Positions 47,796 through 52,511 of a stretch of DNA of 52,511 nucleotides are shown here, piece by piece. The translations under genes were made by a program, and so were the position numbers. The notes below the pieces were generated by a model. That model made no database searches. It was not told the DNA's origin and saw only the letters and a program-made list of their open reading frames with translations. Source of the stretch: Planctomycetota bacterium (GTDB taxonomy: Bacteria; Planctomycetota; GCA-002687715; DRQF01); NCBI GenBank assembly GCA_036479435.1, contig JAZGFI010000289.1, positions 1 to 52,511 of the forward strand, in the 5' to 3' direction. Each line of letters opens with the position of its first letter. Position 1 is the first letter of the stretch.

Positions 47796-49144
47796 CTTGA
47801 TGACTCCTGTGCGGAAGCCATGATGCGGACAAACTCATTTGACAGGATCCAATGATGCGCGCGCTGAGCTCGGTTCTTTGACAGAAATCCCTTCGCTTCT
47901 AATCCCTGAAGATCGACGCGCGCGGTTTGCAGCACTACACCGTGAGTTTGGCCGTGGGCGGGCACCGTGTAGCTCGTGTCCGGGCGGTTCATGGCATGTG
48001 CCAACAGAGCTTGTTGCCGATGATTGAGTCCGCTCGCGCCGGGAACACCCCGAAGCATCGCCTTGAGGCTGGCTAGGCCTTGACGGCGTGCGCCGCGTAG
48101 GCGATTCAAGGCAGTCTTGACTGCGGCGAACTGAAACAAGATGAAGTAGGTCAAGTCACCGTCGTGCTGGGAGTGCAGAAATGCCCGCCGATACTGTTCC
48201 TGACGAGACAAGATTATCGGAGAGAGCGCAAGTTGCGAGAAGATCGCGTAGCCTTGTCGCAACAAAAACCAATGAAAGAGCGCGCGAGCGCTACGACCAT
48301 TACCGTCAACAAAGGGGCGTTCACCGGCCAAACTGTAGTGAAGCAGGGTAGCTTTCACCAAAGGGTGGAGAAAGCTTTGAGGGTCATCGTTCTCGGCGTA
48401 ATCGCAGAGTCGCTCCAGACGTTTTTTCAAGGCGGCGGCGGGCGGTGGTTCGTAAATGACGCGGCCGGATTCATCCCGCACCGGCATCCGTTCGGAAGCA
48501 CGGCGGAATCTTCCGCGATGATCGGGATCGGCGCCCGCACTCAGGATTCGCGACTGGAGCTCAAGGAGGCCAGCGCAGTCGATGGCCCGGTGAGCTTGCT
48601 GCGAAACCCAGTGCAGCGCGTCAAAGGAACTGCGCACGGTTTGCTCCGCTTCGCTGCGCGGGGCTCGGCCTTGACGCAGCATTTCGCGAGCGGCATCTGC
48701 GTCGACGGTGCAGCCCGCCAAAAGGCTGGTGCCCAGCGCCTCGTGTTCGCGTGAACTGCGGGCCAAGGGCTCGAGGAGGGCTTGCCAGTCCGCGCTTTTG
48801 CCGTCCCCTAGTTCAAAGCGATCGAGCTCGTGCTGAGTCGCTAAAATGGAGGGCAAACCGAGGCAAGCGTGGTGGGCGAGAGCTTTGGGGTCGCAGGCCT
48901 GAGGAATCGACGTGGCGGCGAGACGTCGCCGGACTTGGGCCAGGGCCCAAGTCCGGTCGGGGCTAAGGTCAGGGTGAGGAACTTGGCTCGCTCCATCTTC
49001 CCAATGGCGATATTCCTCATCCGGCCACCAAGACTTGGCGTCCACCGCGGCTAGCAGTTGCGAAGGGGCGCCCGCATCAGGGGTCCAGTGCGCCAATATC
49101 TGCCGCCAAGGGGGCGATGGAGAGCTTTGATTCTCGCTTGGCAT
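47792..49144 (-). CDS. Fic-domain protein with C-terminal HTH and a degenerate active site
   Basis: GRFR, YEPPP, LHPLVKA..LHY, RPFVDGNGRSAR (Arg where Fic has His), C-terminal LNHRQQALL...QTARVDL.GL; start ATG 49144. Confidence 0.85.
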   Translation of the reverse strand: MPSENQSSPSPPWRQILAHWTPDAGAPSQLLAAVDAKSWWPDEEYRHWEDGASQVPHPDLSPDRTWALAQVRRRLAATSIPQACDPKALAHHACLGLPSILATQHELDRFELGDGKSADWQALLEPLARSSREHEALGTSLLAGCTVDADAAREMLRQGRAPRSEAEQTVRSSFDALHWVSQQAHRAIDCAGLLELQSRILSAGADPDHRGRFRRASERMPVRDESGRVIYEPPPAAALKKRLERLCDYAENDDPQSFLHPLVKATLLHYSLAGERPFVDGNGRSARALFHWFLLRQGYAIFSQLALSPIILSRQEQYRRAFLHSQHDGDLTYFILFQFAAVKTALNRLRGARRQGLASLKAMLRGVPGASGLNHRQQALLAHAMNRPDTSYTVPAHGQTHGVVLQTARVDLQGLEAKGFLSKNRAQRAHHWILSNEFVRIMASAQESSS

Positions 49145-49164
49145 TCTGGACCCGCCCCACAAAA

Positions 49165-49225
49165 GCTAATTTACACTTTATTAGCCTATCACTTATCAAA
49201 GTCCACTAATTATCCAAATATTAGC
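49165..49225. promoter_or_regulatory. Twin palindromic operator-like sites
   Basis: GCTAAT-N9-ATTAGC (49165-49185) and ACTAAT-N9-ATTAGC (49205-49225), exactly 40 bp apart, in the AT-rich divergent gap between fic and hutH. Confidence 0.65.
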
Positions 49226-49317
49226 ATTTAGAACCGAATTCGAGGCCCGCCCCGTTTTCCGCTGATGTTCTCCAGGCAAGTCGTGAGAAGCGTTGGTCGC
49301 GTGGCTAAGCTCAGCGC

Positions 49318-50847
49318 GTGATCAGCATCAACGGAAAAGACTTGAGCCTCGAGGATCTCGCGGGATTCCTCCAGGACGCGCCGCCGACGGTTTCGATCGC
49401 CGACGAAGCGCGAGTCGCCATTCAACGGGCCCGCAGCACGGTTGAGGAGATCCTCCGCACCGACCGTGTCGTCTACGGAATCAACACCGGCTTCGGCAAG
49501 CTCGCGAACACTCGTATCGCGACCGAAAACCTCGAAGCCCTGCAGCGCAACCTCATCTTATCGCACTCGATCGGAGTGGGACCGCCCCTCGACGATGCGG
49601 TAGCGCGTTTGTGCCTATTGCTGCGTGCCAACGCTTTGTGCCGCGGGCACAGCGGGGTGAGACCCGAGGTCGTGGAAACTTTGATCGGCCTCCTCAACGC
49701 CGATGCTCTGCCGGTGATCCCCAGCCAGGGCTCCGTTGGTGCGAGCGGCGATTTGGCCCCGCTTTCCCACATGGCGCTGCTGCTCATCGGCGAGGGCGAA
49801 GCGACTTGCAAAGGTAGACCCCTGACGGGCCGCGAAGCCTTGGGCATCGCGGGCCTTAAGCCCTTGGTGTTACAGGCCAAAGAAGGCCTGGCCCTCATCA
49901 ACGGCACCCAGGTTTCCTGCGCCATCGGCGCTGCCGCTCTCATCCGCGCGCGCCGGCTCGCCAACTTGGCCGATCTCGCCTGCTCGATGTCGCTCGAAGC
50001 TCTAAAGGGATCGCTGCGGCCTTTCGACGCACGGGTCGCCGCCTTACGCCCTCATCCCGGCCACGCCGAAACGGCCGAGCACATGCGCCGCTTGATGCAG
50101 GATTCCGAAATCGTGATCGCGCACCAAGATTGCGACAAAGTGCAGGACCCATACTCCCTGCGCTGCGTCCCCCAGGTTCACGGAGCAGCTCGCGATGCTT
50201 TGCGTCACACCGAAGATGTCGTGAGGCGCGAGATCAATGCCGTCACCGACAACCCCCTGATCTTCCCCGACGATTGCGACGTCATCTCGGCCGGAAACTT
50301 CCACGCCGAACCCTTGGCGATTCCCTTCGACTACGCGGCGATGGCGGTAGCTGAGCTCGCGAGCATTAGCGAGCGGCGCCTAGAAAACATGGTCAATCCC
50401 GACCTCAGCGAGCTGCCGGCCTTTTTGGTCGAAAACTCAGGGCTCAACTCGGGCTTCATGATCGCGCAAGTCACGGCCGCAGCCCTGGTGTCTGAAAATA
50501 AGTGCCTTTGCCACCCGGCCAGCGTCGACAGCATCCCGACTTCGGCCAACAAAGAAGATCACGTCAGCATGGCGCCGATTGCCGCCCGACAGTTCGCAGC
50601 CGTGGTCGAGAACTCCTACAACGTCATCGCCATCGAGTTCTTGGGCGCCCTGCAGGGGCTAAGGCTCGGCAATCCCGAGGGCTTGAAGGCTGGACGCGGG
50701 CCGCAGGCGGCCTTCGAGCTTTTGTCGCAAACCGTGGCACCTTTGAAATCAGACCGTATCCTGAAGCATGACCTTCTGGCCGTCCGCAAGTTGATGGAAG
50801 ACGGCTCCCTCATGCGCGTCGTCAAGGCGGCCCTCGACCGAAACTAA
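49318..50847 (+). CDS. hutH: Histidine ammonia-lyase
   Basis: VYGINTGFG, LQRNLILSH, MIO motif GSVGASGDLAPL, KEGLALINGTQ, VQDPYSLRC.PQVHG, DNPL, GNFH, EDHVSM; next to hutU. Confidence 0.96.
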   Translation: MISINGKDLSLEDLAGFLQDAPPTVSIADEARVAIQRARSTVEEILRTDRVVYGINTGFGKLANTRIATENLEALQRNLILSHSIGVGPPLDDAVARLCLLLRANALCRGHSGVRPEVVETLIGLLNADALPVIPSQGSVGASGDLAPLSHMALLLIGEGEATCKGRPLTGREALGIAGLKPLVLQAKEGLALINGTQVSCAIGAAALIRARRLANLADLACSMSLEALKGSLRPFDARVAALRPHPGHAETAEHMRRLMQDSEIVIAHQDCDKVQDPYSLRCVPQVHGAARDALRHTEDVVRREINAVTDNPLIFPDDCDVISAGNFHAEPLAIPFDYAAMAVAELASISERRLENMVNPDLSELPAFLVENSGLNSGFMIAQVTAAALVSENKCLCHPASVDSIPTSANKEDHVSMAPIAARQFAAVVENSYNVIAIEFLGALQGLRLGNPEGLKAGRGPQAAFELLSQTVAPLKSDRILKHDLLAVRKLMEDGSLMRVVKAALDRN

Positions 50848-50877
50848 GATTCCAAGTCCAATCCTGGCTATAGACTC

Positions 50878-52511
50878 ATGAACGATACCACGCACGCCAC
50901 CGACAATATCGAAGCACCCGTCATCCGCTCGCCCCGCGGACTTGAGCTCAGCTGCAAGTCTTGGATGACCGAAGCGCCCATGCGCATGCTGATGAACAAC
51001 CTCGACCCCGAGGTCGCGGAAGACCCCGCCAACCTCATCGTCTACGGCGGCAGTGGCAAGGCCGCCCGATCCTGGCCGGCGTTTCACGCAATCATTCGAA
51101 CGCTTAAGACGCTGGAGAAAGACGAGACCTTGCTGGTGCAATCTGGCAAACCCGTCGGCGTCTTCAGGACGCACGAGGGCGCGCCGCGCGTCTTGATCGC
51201 CAACTCTCATCTCGTCCCCGCCTGGGCAACTTTTAAGTACTTCCGCGAGCTCGAAAAGCGCGACCTCATCATGTACGGACAGATGACCGCGGGCTCGTGG
51301 ATATACATCGGGAGCCAGGGGATCATCCAGGGCACCTACGAGACTTTCCGCGAAGCGGGTGCTCAGCATTTCGCGGGTGAGCTCGCGGGTCGGCTCGTCG
51401 TCACCGGCGGACTCGGCGGTATGGGCGGGGCGCAACCCTTGGCGGCCACTATGGCCGGCTTGACTTGTTTGGTCGCCGAGATGGAAGACTGGCGCATCCA
51501 AAAGCGGCTCGAAACCAAGTACCTCGACGAATCCTACGACGATCTCGACACCGCGATCGCCAAGGCTCAAGAGTACGCGGACAAAAAGATGGCCAAGAGC
51601 GTGGGCTACCGCGGCAATGTCATCGATTTGCTGCGCGGCTTGTTGGCGAAAAACATCACGCCCGACATGCTCACCGATCAGACCAGTGCTCACGATCCCT
51701 TGACGGGCTACTTCCCGGAACACATGAGCGTCGAAGACGCCAAGGCGATGCGGGAATCGGACGAGCCGGGCTACATCGAACTATCCCTCGATTCGATGGC
51801 CGAACACTGCCGCTTAATGTTAGAGCTTCAAAAACGAGGCTCCATCACCTTCGACTACGGCAACAACCTCCGCGGTCAGGCGAAATCACGCGGCGTCGAG
51901 AACGCCTTCGACTTCCCGGGCTTTGTTCCGGCCTACGTGCGGCCTTTGTTCTGCGAGGGACGCGGGCCGTTTCGCTGGGTCGCCTTGTCTGGTGACCCCG
52001 AAGACATTCTTAAGACCGATGCGGTCATCTTGAAGGAGTTCGCTCACAACGAGGGGCTTTGTAATTGGATTCGCATGGCCCAAGAGCGCATCCAGTTCCA
52101 GGGCCTACCGAGCCGAATTTGTTGGCTCGGCTACGGCGAACGCCACCACTTCGCCAAGATCATGAACGCGATGGTGGCCAGCCGTGAGCTCAGCGCTCCC
52201 ATTGTCATCGGCCGTGATCATCTCGACTGCGGCTCCGTCGCCAGCCCGAATCGCGAAACTGAAGCCATGAAGGACGGCAGCGATGCGATTGCAGACTGGC
52301 CCTTGCTCAACGCAATGCTCTCCACCGCGGGCGGCGCGACCTGGGTTTCTTTGCATCACGGCGGTGGCGTAGGAATTGGAAACTCGATTCACGCGGGGCT
52401 CGTGATTGTCGCCGACGGCAGTAAAGAAGCCGATGAGCGCCTCGACCGCGTCTTAACCAACGACCCCGGCATGGGCGTCATTCGGCACGTGGACGCAGGT
52501 TACGAGCAAGC
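50878..52511 (+). CDS. hutU: Urocanate hydratase (runs off the window end)
   Basis: Read by hand from ATG 50878: [92 protein letters not shown]; not in the ORF track because no stop codon lies in the window. Confidence 0.97.
   Translation, partial: MNDTTHATDNIEAPVIRSPRGLELSCKSWMTEAPMRMLMNNLDPEVAEDPANLIVYGGSGKAARSWPAFHAIIRTLKTLEKDETLLVQSGKPVGVFRTHEGAPRVLIANSHLVPAWATFKYFRELEKRDLIMYGQMTAGSWIYIGSQGIIQGTYETFREAGAQHFAGELAGRLVVTGGLGGMGGAQPLAATMAGLTCLVAEMEDWRIQKRLETKYLDESYDDLDTAIAKAQEYADKKMAKSVGYRGNVIDLLRGLLAKNITPDMLTDQTSAHDPLTGYFPEHMSVEDAKAMRESDEPGYIELSLDSMAEHCRLMLELQKRGSITFDYGNNLRGQAKSRGVENAFDFPGFVPAYVRPLFCEGRGPFRWVALSGDPEDILKTDAVILKEFAHNEGLCNWIRMAQERIQFQGLPSRICWLGYGERHHFAKIMNAMVASRELSAPIVIGRDHLDCGSVASPNRETEAMKDGSDAIADWPLLNAMLSTAGGATWVSLHHGGGVGIGNSIHAGLVIVADGSKEADERLDRVLTNDPGMGVIRHVDAGYEQ

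Overview
A GC-rich, gene-dense bacterial chromosomal segment in the standard genetic code (TGA is an ordinary stop in sucC, mnmA, miaB and the blaI-like gene). Gene content (ECF sigma factor plus Ser/Thr kinase, DUF1080, several HEAT-repeat proteins, a prenyltransferase-repeat domain, a pilin-like protein) suggests Planctomycetota, which is an inference. Most of the window is housekeeping or envelope related: sucCD, pyk, mnmA, yajC, yraN, ribD, miaB, metK, waaA, secA, lspA, xerD, hutHU, glycosyltransferases and a flippase. The most notable items are ones the ORF track misses or splits. (1) A probable exported thioredoxin-fold/HEAT-repeat selenoprotein read through an in-frame TGA at the active-site Cys position, followed by a SECIS-like hairpin (37593-38678). 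(2) A RAYT-like HUH/Y1 transposase bounded by 65-bp imperfect inverted repeats, each made of two sub-units 28 bp apart. (3) A candidate sigma-54-driven small RNA ending in three tandem terminator-like hairpins (about 27648-27821). (4) A 6S-like structured RNA candidate (24751-24900). (5) A Fic-HTH protein lacking both the catalytic His and the inhibitory Glu, preceded by twin palindromic operator-like sites. (6) A 33-aa membrane microprotein ORF. All calls come from reading the sequence and motifs by eye; no database searches were run.
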